From NCBI RefSeq assembly GCF_006345805.1, contig NC_043002.1:41168001-41232000 (forward strand): a stretch of DNA of 64,000 nucleotides, read 5' to 3'. The position numbers were made by a program, and so were the translations under genes. Position 1 is the stretch's first letter; the number at the start of each line of letters is the position of its first letter. This DNA comes from Octopus sinensis. Its lineage: Eukaryota. Positions 38,101 to 51,188 of this stretch are shown one piece after another. The notes beneath the pieces are model-generated. The model had not been told where the DNA came from. It saw nothing but the letters and a program-made list of their open reading frames with translations, and did not search any database.

Positions 38101-39376
38101 TTTACCTCTTGGAAGAAATGGTCCATAGGAGTATGTCCTTTGACCTGTCCAGCTATGGAACCTTTACCAGGAACTTGCCCTCTGCTGGAGTAGTTCTCAG
38201 GGTCATCAAGGTACATAATCAACAACACAGTAACAAGGCCTGGACATTGTAGTAGTTATATTCTCATAACATCATCAAATACATGTTTATTAAATATTGA
38301 TTTCAAATTTTGGCACACAACCAGCAATTTCAGGGGAGGGTATAAGTCAATTACATCGACCCCAGTACTCCCCTGGTACTTATTTTATCGACCCTGAAAG
38401 GATGAAACACTAAGTCAACCTTGGCAGAATTTGAACTCAGAATGTGAAGGCAAACAAAAAGCTGCTAAGCATTTCACCCAGTGGGCAAACAATTCTGCCA
38501 GCTCACCACCTTATGTTTATTAAATATTGCATGTAACTTCTGTATGTAGATGTGTATGTGTGCGTGTGCATGTGTGTGCATATATGTGTGTGTAGATCAC
38601 TTTTAGTGCAACATCTAGTACGTAATCCATTATAACCCAGGATGTCGGTAACTGCATTGGCACCCATCCCCCAAGTCATTTTGTGGAGGTCACTTTTAAG
38701 AAACCCAGCAGTATAAGAACAATGCATGAAAAATAATAATGAAATGGTTGACCCAGCATAGCTGGTGAGTGGGTGGCGGAGGTAACACAGAATATTAAAG
38801 ATAGTGAATGAGCACACTGTAAGAGCACTTTGGTTTCAATGAGTGCACAGTTCTTCTCAGGACATCTGTCTGGAAGTGGTCATGATGGGAATGATCTCTT
38901 TGCACTACTCTGCCTTTTGTGGGTGAGTCATGGAAGAAAAGGGCTTAAGGGAGTAGTGAACTAGTGGACTCTTCTATCATAGATGACAAATGATGGTTTT
39001 GCAATTTTTTTTGCTGAACCACCTGCACAGATAATTTGTTTATAGTGATTAAATGAATTATGCTGTCCATCAATTCACTCCATCCAATAAATTGACATCA
39101 CCTGTATGGGTTCAGGGTGTGCCACATGTCAGAAATCCCCCAATCTTCTGAGTTCTTTTACAGGGCTTACTAAAACTGAAGGACCACTGCAATAAGTGCG
39201 GGAATAATAATAACAATAATATGAGGGAATATTTTTCCAAACTTACAGGGAAAAATTCAATTTAGAAATACTAAATCAAATTTCACAAAATATAATATAT
39301 ATATAGAAAAATTAGAAAAAACCCACCTTTTATCAATTCAATAATATATAATATATACACACATACATACTTACAT

Positions 39377-39420
<44 letters not shown>

Positions 39421-39518
39421 CGGAGTAAACACATAAATGTGAAACAAGGTGGAAAAAAAGAGTACTCAAATACCAGTGGTAGAGTAATATGCTTTATTTT
39501 AAGCAGCAGAAAATTCAA

Positions 39519-39569
39519 CAAAATCTGTTACTCTGAGTTTCTCGTTGCCGTTCATCAGACAGTTTTTGC
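39519..39569 (-). ncRNA. Minimal type I hammerhead ribozyme (family 3)
   Basis: Minus strand CTGT-CTGATGA-ACGGCAACGA-GAAA-CTCAGAG-TA-ACAG; GUA site between 39529 and 39528. Confidence 0.8.
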
Positions 39570-40215
39570 TAGAATGGAACTTATATATTAATTCAATCTA
39601 TACTCTTACAAACGCTACACCTTTAAAAAGAAATGGACTTGTTTGATTGGCCCTTTAGAAAAAACGGTCAATCTTCGAGCGATAAACAAAAAGGTCAAAA
39701 ATATATGTATATATATATAAAAAAAAAAACTTATAAAAATTATAAAATTATAAAATCCGAGGAAAAAACCGAGGAAAAAACGAGGAAAAAACCTATTGCC
39801 GTTAATGAAGACAGTACAAATTAATGCACAGAAATTAAACCTGTTATAAATACTGCAATACATATTTATATTAAAATCCACATATATATATCAATGTGTA
39901 TGTTGATATATATATGTGGATTTTAATATAAATATGTATTGCAGTATTTATAACAGGTTTAATTTCTGTGCATTAATTTGTACTGTCTTCATTAATGGCA
40001 ATAGGTTTTTTCCTCGGTTTTTTCCTCGGATTTTATAATTTTTATAATTTTTATAAGTTTTTTTTTATATATATATACATATATTTTTGACCTTTTTGTT
40101 TATCGCTCGAAAATTGACCGTTTTTTCTAAAGGGCCAATCAAACAAGTCCATTTCTTTTTAAAGGTGTAGCGTTTGTAAGAGTATAGATTGAATTAATAT
40201 ATAAGTTCCATTCTA

Positions 40216-40267
40216 GCAAAAACTGTCTGATGAACGGCAACGAGAAACTCAGAGTAACAGATTTTGT
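40216..40267 (+). ncRNA. Minimal type I hammerhead ribozyme (family 3)
   Basis: Stem I GCAAAAACTGT/ACAGATTTTGT; CTGATGA 40227-40233; stem II CG-GCAA-CG (closing A.A mismatch); GAAA 40244-40247; stem III ACTC-A-GAGT; GUA site at 40256. Confidence 0.8.
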
Positions 40268-40292
40268 TGAATTTTCTGCTGCTTAAAATAAA

Positions 40293-40334
<42 letters not shown>

Positions 40335-40349
40335 TTATATACATATATA

Positions 40350-40760
40350 CAACAGGCTTCTTTCAGTTTCCATCTACCAAATCCACTCACAAGGTTTTGG
40401 TTGGCCCAAGGCTATAGTAGAAGACACTTGCCCAAAGTGCCACACAGTGGGACTGAACCCGGAACCATGTGGCTGGTAAGCAACCACATATATGTTTATA
40501 TATCATCATCATCATCATCATCATCATTTAGCGTCCGTTCTCCATGCTAGCATGGATTGGACGGTTCAACTGGGATATGTGAAGCTGGAAGGCTTCATCA
40601 GGCCCAGTCAGATCTGGCAGTGTTTCTACAGCTGGATGCCCTTCCTAACGCCAAGCACTCCGTGAGTGTAGTGGGTGCTTTTTACGTGCCACCCGCACAG
40701 GTGCCAGACAGAGCTGGCAAACGGCCATGAACGGATGGTGCCTTTTACGTGTCACCGGCA
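40350..40760 (-). mobile_element. SINE C fragment followed by RTE 3' tail
   Basis: 40350-40495 SINE C; 40503-40760 (ATC)n + RTE 3' UTR. Confidence 0.7.
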
Positions 40761-41684
40761 TAAATATATATATATTTATATACATATACACACACATTCA
40801 TACCTATATATATGTCTGTATGTATTTAGATAGATGCATATATACACACATGTATAAAATATAAGGTGGGGTGTTACAATATATACTATTCCTCAATTTC
40901 GTTTCACTTGCATGGCTGTACTGCAGTTTACGATTGCATTTTGTATAGTTTTCTTCATTCTTCTCTCCCACCCACCCTTCCTTCCTTCCTTTCTTCTTCT
41001 TTCTCTCTTTCTCTCTCTCTCTCTCTTTCTTTCTTTGCTTTACTTTTTACTCTTTCTATTTCTTTTTATTCTTCTTTTATTTATTTTTTTATTCTTTTGC
41101 AGTATATATTGAGTTTCATCACAATAGGACCAATTATTATTTTTATGATCCATTTCGAAGATAAATTTTATGTTCCTCTTCACCAAAACAAAACTTTTAT
41201 GATACCAATTCATGAAAGAAAACTTATGGCTGTCTGTCTCTCTGCATAACAATAACTTTAAGGCATGAAATCTTATCTGGCTGAGAATGATCAATTTACT
41301 GACTTTTCCATAATGTAAAATGGGTTTTTGATGAACTGATCATCACTATCTGATTGTCTTTTTGCCTTTCTTTTTTTTTATATATATATATATTTTTTTG
41401 TCCTTTCCTTGTTTTATTTTATTTTGTTAGTTTATGCATTTTGTATTTTATTTCATTTTCATTTTATTTTTTGTTAATGTCAACTCTTGTAGATGCTATT
41501 GTTGTTATTGTTGTTGTTTTTCTCGTTAATACTGCTGAAGAAACAAATCTAGCTTAGCTGAAGCAAGAAATGGAATTGTTCCTTTCGAATGAATAAATAA
41601 TAATAATTACTATTATTATTATCATTACCATAGTTATTATCATCGTTATTATTATTATTATCATTATTATTATCATTATTATTA

Positions 41685-41821
<137 letters not shown>

Positions 41822-42214
41822 GAATCGTTTATATATTCCTCAATAATATTTCATTTGGTTTCAACAAAACCATGTGTCTAAAAAGGGGGGAAAGGGGAAT
41901 CCTCATAGAATGGTTTATTACCATGGAAATGGCAATGTCATTAGCTTTTATTTGTTTCAGTCATTGGACTGCTGCCATGCTGGAGCATCGCCTTAAAACT
42001 TTTTTCAGCAAAACAAATTGGCTTTGCTACTTATTTTTAAGTCTAATTGCTCATTCTCTCAAGCTCTCTTTTGCCGAATTATATAAGTTGCAAAGACCGA
42101 ACAAACTCACACCAGTTGTCAAGCAGATACTGGCAGTGCAAACATGAAGACAAACACACACACACATGCATACATGCTTGCATGCATGCACACATACACA
42201 CACACATACATATA

Positions 42215-42325
42215 CAGGGTGGTCGCTAGAGAAGTGGAAAATTTGATTACTATTGTTTACCTCACATCTTGTGAAAATATAAATTGCCATTTCACGAATT
42301 TCCTGCTTTTCTAGCAATCGCCCTG
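42215..42325. mobile_element. Short Tc1/mariner MITE
   Basis: TA|CAGGGTGGTCGCTAGAGAAG ... CTTTTCTAGCAATCGCCCTG|TA. Confidence 0.65.
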
Positions 42326-42339
42326 TATATTTTTTTCTA

Positions 42340-42910
42340 TTTTTTTACTTGTTTCAGTCATTTGACTGTGGCCATGCTGTAACACCGTCTTGAACAAATC
42401 AACCCCAAGATTTATTTTTTACACTTAGTGTCTCTTTTGCCAAACTGCTAAGTTATGGGAATGTAAACACACCAACACCAGTTGCCATATGGTGATGGTG
42501 GGGGGAAAACAGAGACACACATAGACATACACATAGATACACACACACATATAGATACACACACACACACATATATATATAGATGATGGGCTTCTTTCAG
42601 TTTCCATCTGCCATATACACTCACAGGGCTTTGGTCAGCCCAAGGCTATAGCAGAAGACACTTGCCCAAGGGATAACACAATGGAAATGAACCCAGGAAC
42701 CATAAGGTTGGGAAGCAAGCTTCTTACCACATATCCATGCCTGCACCTATATATATATATATACACATATGCTCACGGAGTGGTTGGCGTTAGGAAGGGC
42801 ATCCAGCCGTAGAAACACTGCTAGATCTGACTGGGCCTGATGAAGCGTTCCGGCTTCACAGACCCCAGTTAAACCGTCCAACCCATGCTAGCATGGAAAA
42901 CGGACGCTAA

Positions 42911-42945
<35 letters not shown>

Positions 42946-42952
42946 AATGATG
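42340..42952. mobile_element. SINE C (-) plus RTE 3' tail (+)
   Basis: SINE 42340-42750; RTE tail 42775-42952 ending in (GAT)n. Confidence 0.65.
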
Positions 42953-42954
42953 AC

Positions 42955-43200
42955 ATGCATACATTCATAGGCAAATTAATGCAGAACTTACAGCTCTTGT
43001 ACCCTGACTGTGAATTCTCATTTGTACCTATCATCATAGGTGCATTAGATTATGTACCAACACATTTGCACAAAAACCTCAAAATACTTGGTTTCACAGA
43101 GAAAGAGCAAAAGAAAATGATGCAAATTCTCCAAATCCAATCTATTACTGGCACAATGGAGATTTCTAAAACATACCAAAAATTCTCCATCAGAGATTCT
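42955..43200 (+). mobile_element. R4/NeSL-type (restriction-like endonuclease) LINE C-terminal remnant
   Basis: FVPIIIGALDYVP..L..NLKILG....LQIQSITGTMEI resembles 'VPI.IGALG.VP...L..LG...LQ..A..GT..I'. Confidence 0.6.
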
Positions 43201-43519
43201 TATGTGAATAGATGTTCCCACTTGGGTGTATGCATCGACAGTTCAACCAACACACCACCTCAACCATATATTTATAAATGTTAGGAACTCTCTTAACTCA
43301 AAAAGTTCTGTCATTTTGTTAGCAACTGGTTTGAACTCTCTCAAGAACTTATATATAATGTAGTCAAACCAAATAATGGCATTTTGAATGTGTTTAATAT
43401 GTACATATCAGATAATTGTATAATAGATAAAAAGAGAATTTCATCTCTTATGGAAAATCTTTCTCGGTTAAGACATATCAAAATATGAGCAAATTAATGA
43501 AATTCACCCTTTATATTTA

Positions 43520-43987
43520 TTGGGAGCAGTTTAAGTTGTCTACATTCTCTAACCGACCATCACCAACCACAGTGACGGTTGGTTAGAGAATGCGCGGGCT
43601 AAGACTACGCACCTTCACTAGTCAGTTAAGATGAGACAGTGTCACATGACATCTTGCTGGGGCTGCCTCCTGGAGCCTAGCGACAGGTATTTAAAGGGAA
43701 AAATTTGACAAGTCAGTCAATCACCAGCTGACACTCACTGACGATACATCGAAGAGGCCAGGGAACAGAAGAAAGAAGACATGCACCCAACACCAGAGCT
43801 GAAGACACCTCTAAAAGTGGGGGGAGGACCAGCCACGTCAAAACGGTTGAGAAGTAGGGGCCGAAACTGGACGTGGTTCCTCCTGATGATGTCTTGAGCT
43901 AACTAGATCCTATAAAGGAGCTGTTGTGGTAGCAGACCACAAAACACAGTTGTAATTCCTCCTTGGGAGCAATTTAAATTGTCTACA
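43520..43987. mobile_element. ~420-bp insertion flanked by 25-bp direct repeats
   Basis: TTGGGAGCA(G/A)TTTAA(G/A)TTGTCTACA at 43520-43544 and 43963-43987. Confidence 0.5.
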
Positions 43988-44034
43988 AGAGTGTGTGTGT
44001 GTGTTTGTGTCCTGAAGATACCCAGTTACTGTTT

Positions 44035-45505
44035 TTGACTTGGGCTGTGTGGTAAGAAGTTTGTTTACCAACAACATGGTCTCAAGTTCACCTCCACTGC
44101 ATAGCACCTTAGAGAAATATTTTTTTTGCTATTATCCTGAACCAACTAAAGCTCTGTGAGTGGATTTGGTAAACAGAAACTGAAAGAAGCCCGTTGTGTG
44201 TACGTGTGTGTGTGTGGTTGTGTCTGTATCTGTCCCCCCTCCACTTGACAACCAGTGTTGGTATATTTATGTCCCTCTAATTTAGCAGTTCAGCAAAAAT
44301 GCTTAACAGAATATGTAGCAGATTTTAAATAAGTCCTGGAGTCAATTTGTTTGATTGAAAAATCCTTCAAGGTGGTGCCCCTGTATGGCCACGTTCAATG
44401 ACTGAACCAAGTAAATGATAAAGATTTTATGAATGTTATGCTGACCCAGTGAAGCACATTTCGAAAAACTGTCAAAATACAAGGCCCAGACCATTATTAA
44501 CAATTTATCCCCAAAATTGCAACATAGAAACAGAGCTAAGGAAACTCTCTCTGAAGTACCCTGATATTAACAATCTAAATTCATGGAAGAGATTGCTTTG
44601 ACTTTTCATTGTCAAATAGAATGAGGAATGTAAAAGTCATGGCAACTCAATGATGCAAAAATTGAGGAATTGTTAATATTTTCTATGTGAAAACACAAAT
44701 ACAAAAATCGAATTATTTATTTATCTGTTTACTTATTTATTTTGTTTTTCTATTTTATAGTTTAAATGAATAATGGAACTAGTGTATTATCAAATTTAAA
44801 TTCTTTCAAAGAATATAAGTACAATATAAATAATTTAATATTACCACTTGAATTCAAGATTTGGTTGGTTGAGTTGAGACAATCTCTATTCTTGTATGAA
44901 ATGCTTTTATTTCATGAGGTCGAGCTATGATTTGAAGGAAGAGCAAAAATGGAATTGGTAAACATTGTTGGTGTATCACAAGGTTCAGCAGTGTCTCCTC
45001 CCTCCCTCACTTCTTTACATTATCTTCTTTTGATTGTTGCAGCCATTGAACTATGGCAATGCTGGGGCACCACCTTGAAGTGTTTGGTCAAACAAAATCA
45101 ATCCAATTATTTATGTTTTCTTTAAAAAGTCTGGTATTTATTCTATCATTCAGTTTTGCCAAACTGCTATGTAACAAGGGCCTAAATGAAGCTTCACTGG
45201 TTGTCAAGCAGTGGTGGGAGAGAAATACAAGACACACACATACACACTCATACATACATACATACATACATACATACATACATACATACATACACACATA
45301 TATGCAAACATACACACACACACACACACTTACACACACACACATACTCACACACACATACAATGGGCTTCTACACATTTACTAAATTCACTCACAAGGT
45401 ATTGATTGGCCTGGGGGCTATAGTAAAAGACACTTGCCCAATGTGTCTTGCTATGGGACTGAACCAAAACCCACAAGGTTGCAGTGCAAGACTCTTAATT
45501 ACACA
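44035..45505. mobile_element. Two SINE C copies (44035-44420 +; 45030-45505 -)
   Basis: Family C heads and tails. Confidence 0.65.
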
Positions 45506-45844
45506 GCCATGCCTGCAACTATTAAGGAACTAATTTCTCTCATTTCTAACAACATACAATCCTATGATGCTTTTTTTTTCTTTTTACAACTCAGTCAGGA
45601 ATGGAAGGGCAACATCCCTTTTATTTTTTTAAAGGCTTCCAGGTCTGGTAGGATAAAGTAGTAAGTCATCTTCAAATGGGAATTTTGTTACAGAGCCAAA
45701 TGAATGATAGATGAGATTAGAGCTTAGAGTTTTCTCCTTTACATAAGTGAACAGCTCACTTCTTTCTAAATGAAGGTAAGCAAAATTAGTATGACTCTTG
45801 GGATATTGCACATTTCAGTATTGGTTGATAAATGCCGTCTCGAA

Positions 45845-46760
45845 TGGTACAGTGTCTTACAGGAAGTTATCTGTTAAATGTTGAAGCAAGTAATCTGATG
45901 GTACATTGTCTTACCAGAAGTTAAGTGTCAAATGTCCAAGCAAGCAATCTGATGGTACATTGTCTTACAGGAAGTTAAGTGTCACAAATGTACAAACAAA
46001 CAATCTGATGGTACAGTGTCATACAGGAAGTTAAGTGTCAAATGTACAAACAAACAATCCTATAGTACAGTGTCTTACAGGAAGTTAAGTGTCAAATATA
46101 CAAATAAACAATTCCATGGTACAGTGTCATACAGGAAGTTGGGTTTTAAATGTACAAGCAAGCAATCTGATGGTACATTGTCATACAGGAAGTTAAGTGT
46201 CAAATGTACAAACAAACAGTCCTATAGTACAGTGTCTTACAGGAAGTTAAGTGTCAAATATACAAATAAACAATTCCATGGTACAGTGTCATACAGGAAG
46301 TTGGGTTTTAAATGTCCAAGCAAGCAATCCGATGGCACAGTGTCTTACAGGAAGTTAAGTGTCAAATGTACAAACAAACAATCCTATAGTATAGTGTCTT
46401 ACAGGAAGTTAAGTGTCAAATATACAAATAAACAATTCCATGGTACAGTGTCATACAGGAAGTTGGGTTTTAAATGTCCAAGCAAGCAATCCGATGGCAC
46501 AGTGTCTTACAGGAAGTTAAGTGTCAAATGTACAAACAAACAATCCTATAGTATAGTGTCTTACAGGAAGTTAAGTGTCAAATATACAAATAAACAATTC
46601 CATGGTACAGTGTCATACAGGAAGTTGGGTTTTAAATGTCCAAGCAAGCAATCTGATGGTACATTGTCATACAGAAAGTTAAGTGCTAAATGTACAAAGC
46701 AATCCGATGGCACAGTGTCTTACAGGAAGTTAAGTGTTAAATGTACAAAGCAATCAATCT
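45845..46760 (+). repeat. 54-bp minisatellite (~17 units) with 162-bp higher-order repeat
   Basis: Unit TACAGTGTCTTACAGGAAGTTAAGTGTCAAATATACAAATAAACAATTCCATGG; three variants alternate (ending SYS/FHG/SDG in translation). Confidence 0.92.
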
Positions 46761-47324
46761 AATGGGTTTTTGCACAGTTTCTCTCTTCACTTGGATGAAA
46801 CTAAGCTATAGTAAAAGACACTTGTCTCAGTTACTACACGTTAGGATCAAACCTTTGATTTTGTGATTGGGAAGCAAACATCTTAATTATTCAGTATGCT
46901 GCATCCATAAACATTGATGTAGGTTAATAAGGAAGAGCAACATGTTGTTCTTTTATTCTTTCACTTGATTAAGTCATTGGACTGTGGCCATGTTGGAGCA
47001 TGGCATTGCCTTGGAGGGTTTAGTTCATTAAATTGACCTGGCACTTATTTAAAGTTTGTTATTCATCCTATTGGTCTCTTTTTGCTGAACCACTAAGTCA
47101 GGGAATACCACCAACTCAACACTGGTTGTCCAAGGATGAATAACAAATACACATGCATATCTATACACACACATATATGTACACATGCACATACATAAGT
47201 ATGTGTATGTATTTAACATCTATGTATATATATATCGATGTATATATATATATATATATATCGATGTGTATATAAACATGTATATATATATATTATATAT
47301 ATATATATATATTATATATATATC

Positions 47325-49475
47325 AAAGTTAGAGAGCTCTTACCCCTGCTGGTGACAAAAGGCCTCTCGCTCAGAGTAAAAGGCAGACTGTATGATGCAT
47401 GTGTACGTACAGCCATGCACATGGTAGTGAAACATGGGCCGTGACTGCTGAGGATATGCGTAAGCTCGCAAGAAATGAAGCCAGTATGCTCCGATGGATG
47501 TGTAATGTCAGTGTTCATAATCGTCAGAGTGTAAGTTCCTTGAGAGAAAAGTGAACCTAAGAAGCGTCAGTTGTGGCGTGCAAGAGAGACGGCTGCGCTG
47601 GTATGGTCATGTGACAAGAAAGGCTGAAGATAGTTGTGTGCAAAAGTGCTACACCCTAGCAGTGGAGGGAACCTGTGGAAGAGGTAGACCCAGGAAAACC
47701 TGGGACGAGGTGGTGAAGCACGACCTTCGAACTTTAGGTCTCACTAAGGAAATGTCTAGAGACCGAGACCTATGGAAGTATGCTGTGCATGAGAAGACCC
47801 GGCAAGACTAGTCAGGCCATAACCCGTGGCCCGACCGGGGACGTAGTCAGTCCTGTGCATACCTTCCTTCTTGTGACACTTATGAAGACCTGTTGAGGCA
47901 AGTGAAAATCAAATCAATCAAAACAAATCAAAATAGATGAACATCAGTGGAAATGTATTCTTCGTGGTACCAGTGCCGGTGGCACACAAAAAACCACCCA
48001 AACGTGGCCGTAACCAGTACCGCATCGACTGGCCTCCGTGCTGTGGCACAACAACACACACCACCGATCGTGGCCATTCGCCAGCCTCATCTGGCACCTG
48101 TGCCGGTGGCACATAAAGACACCATCCGAAGACCCGGCGACGTAGTCATAGTCCACCTGTGCATACCTTCCCTCTTATGACACTTGTGAAGACCTGTTGA
48201 GCAAGTGTGTGACACTTGTGAAGACCTGTTGAGGCAGAGGCAAGTGTGTGACACTTGTGGAGACCTGTTGAGGCAAGTGTGTGACCCTGTGAAGACCTGT
48301 TGAGGCAAGTGAAAAAACAAAACCAAATCAAAATAGATGAATATCAATGGAATTGTATCTTTGTGGTTCCAGTACCGGTGGCACACAAGAAAAAAAACCA
48401 TCCGAACGTGGCCGTCGACTGGCCTCCGTGCTGTGGGCACAACAAACACCATCTGATCGTGGCCGTTCGCCTCCTCACCTGGCACCTGTGTCGGTGGCAC
48501 ATAAAAACACCACCACCATCCAAAGACCCGGCGACGTAGTCAGTCCACCTGTGCTTACCTTCCCTCTTATGACCTTGTGAAACCTGTTGAGGCAGAGGCA
48601 AGTGTGTGACACTTGTGAAGACCTGTTGAGGCAGAGGCAAGTGTTTGACACTTGTGGAGACCTGTTGAGGCAAGTGTGTGACACGCGTGACACTTGTGAA
48701 GACCTGTTGAGGCAAGTGAAAATCAACCAAATCAAAATAGATGAACATCAATGGAATTTGTATCTTTGTGGTCCAGTACCGGTGGCACACAAGAAAACCA
48801 TCCGATCGTGGCCGTTCGCCAGCCACATCTGGCACCTGTGTCGGTGGCACATAAAGACACCACCATCCGAAGACCCGGCGACGTAGACAGTCCACCTATG
48901 CATACCTTCCTTCTTGTGACACTTGTGAAGACCTGTTGAGGCAAGTGAAAATCAAATCAAATCAAATCAATCAAATCAAAACAAATCAAAATAGATGAAC
49001 ATAAATGGAATTTGTATCTTTGTGGTACCAGTGCCGGTGGCACACAAGAAAATCATCCGAACGTGGCCGTAGCCAGTACCGCATAGACTGGCCTCCGTGC
49101 TTGGGGACGTAACAAACACCATCCGATCGTGGCCGTCCGCCAGCCTCATCTGGCACCTGTGTCGGTGCACATTAAAAAAACACCATCCGAGCGTGGCCGT
49201 CTGCCAGCCTCGTCTGGCACCTGTGTCGGTGGCACATAAAAACACCATCCGAGCGTGGCCGTTCGCCAGCCTCGTCTGGCACCTGTGTCGGTGGCACATA
49301 AAATCACCCACTACACTCTCGAGTGGTTGGCGTTAGGAAGGGCATCCAGCTGTAGAAACACTGCAGATCTGACTGGCCTGGTGCAGCCTTCGGCTCCCCA
49401 GACCCCAGTTGAACCGTCCAACCCATGCTAGCATGGAAAACGGACGCTAAATGATGATGATGATGATGATGATGA
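47325..49475 (+). mobile_element. RTE LINE 3' fragment with expanded 3' UTR
   Basis: VRELLPLLVTKGLSLRVKGRLYDACVR...RPRKTWDEVVKHDLRT; same family as 28175-32440; (GAT)n tail. Confidence 0.88.
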
Positions 49476-49504
49476 TATATATATATACATCTATGTGTAT
49501 ATAT

Positions 49505-49544
<40 letters not shown>

Positions 49545-49814
49545 ACATAAAGTAGGATACCAGAATACCATTTGCTAGAAACAGGAGTTAACACTCCAAA
49601 TCCACAAATTTCTCACTATTAAGAAACACACATGGTGAATGCAACAAATATAATAAAAATAGGCCTTAACTTGTATAAACCACAAAGTAAGAACAGAAAT
49701 TTTGGTATCAATTGATTTCACTTTTTGTATATTAGTTCTTAAGGATTGTCAGCCAAACTTAGGGTAGTCATCTATCTTTGAAAATATTCATCCCATTGTG
49801 TGTATATTTTCATC

Positions 49815-50970
49815 GTCATCATCATCACTTAACGTCTGTTTTTCATGCTGGCATGGGTTGAACGGTTCAACTGACGTCTGGGAAGCCATAAGGGCACACC
49901 AGACTCCAGTCTGATCTGGCAGTGTTTCTACAGCTGGATGCCCTTCCTAACACCAACCACTCCGAGAGTGTAGTGGGTGCTTTTTATGTGCCACTGGCAC
50001 AGGGGCAGAGGGGGTTGGCATCAACCACGATTGGATGATGCTTTTTATGTGCCACTGGCATTAAAGCCAGTCAAGGTGGTGCTGGCATCGGGCACGTTCG
50101 GATGGTGCTTTTTACATGCCACGCACATGGGGATCACAACTACAATTTCCATTTGATTTGGTTTTGATGTACTTGACTCAATAGGTCTCCTCGAGCGCAG
50201 CATCTTGCCCTATGATCCAATGTACTTTTGAGTGGGCTGGTTATGCAACACTGGTGTATGTTACAGCTGTGAACTCATTTTTTTTGTTGGGTTTTCTCAG
50301 TCACACCATATCTCCAGAGGTCTAGGTCTTTTGTCATTGCCTCTGTGAGGCTTAACATTCGAAGGTCATGCTTCACCACCTCATCCTATGTCTTCCTGAG
50401 TTGCCCTCTACCCCGGATTCCTTCCACTCTTTGGGAGTGGCACTTCTTCACACAGCTCTCATCCTTTCATAGTACATGACCATACCAATGCAAACGTTTC
50501 TCTTGCACACCACATCTGATGCTTCTTATGTCCAACATTTCTCTCAGGGCACTTACACTCTGTTGTGTGTGCTCACTGACATTACACATCCAGCAGATCA
50601 TGCTAGCTTGATTTCTTTCGAGCTTGCACATATCTTCAGCAGTCACAGCCCATGTTTCACTGCCGTGAAGCATGACAGTTCGCACACTTGCATCATACAA
50701 TCTACCTTTCACTTTGAGCAAGAGGCCTTTGTCTCAAGTAGGGGTAGAAGCTTTCTGAACACTTTGCCCAGGCTTATTCTTATTCTTTGAGCATCTACCC
50801 CCACTACAGACTTGGTAGTGGAAGCTATCAACTACTTCTAGTTTCAACCCAAGCATGTGATGGAATCTGTTTTCTGAGCATCAGTGGTGTTTATTGCCCC
50901 TATGCATCTGCCGCATACGAAAGCTATATTCCTGGTTAATCATCCTTTGATGTTGCTGCACCTCTTATGT
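49815..50970 (-). mobile_element. Older RTE LINE 3' fragment
   Basis: KVKGRLYDASVRTVMLHGSETWAVTAEDM; 3' UTR and (GAT)n tail. Confidence 0.8.
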
Positions 50971-51188
50971 ATAAATATATATATATACATGCATGCAAAC
51001 ATACAAATGTATGTAGATATATATGTGCGAGTGTGTGTTGTGCATATGTGTGTGCATATGTGTGTGTGTTTATCTATCTGTCTTTATCTATATCTATATC
51101 AATACATACATACAATGAGATTCCACTCAGTTTTCACTGACCAAATTAATTCACAAAATCAGCCTTGGGCTGTAATAGTAATAATAAT

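Larger units (their letters stand above)
39419..40293. mobile_element. Palindromic Penelope pseudo-LTR pair (~400-bp arms, 8-nt loop)
   Basis: 39492-39894 is the reverse complement of 39903-40293; homologous to the termini of the 14.2-17.0 kb element; flanked by (TA)n. Confidence 0.9.

Noticed and set aside
43790-43900. CTGAAGA..GGCCGAAAC as a hammerhead
   Set aside because: Stem II closing pair and stem I register do not form; kept only as part of the structured-insert finding.
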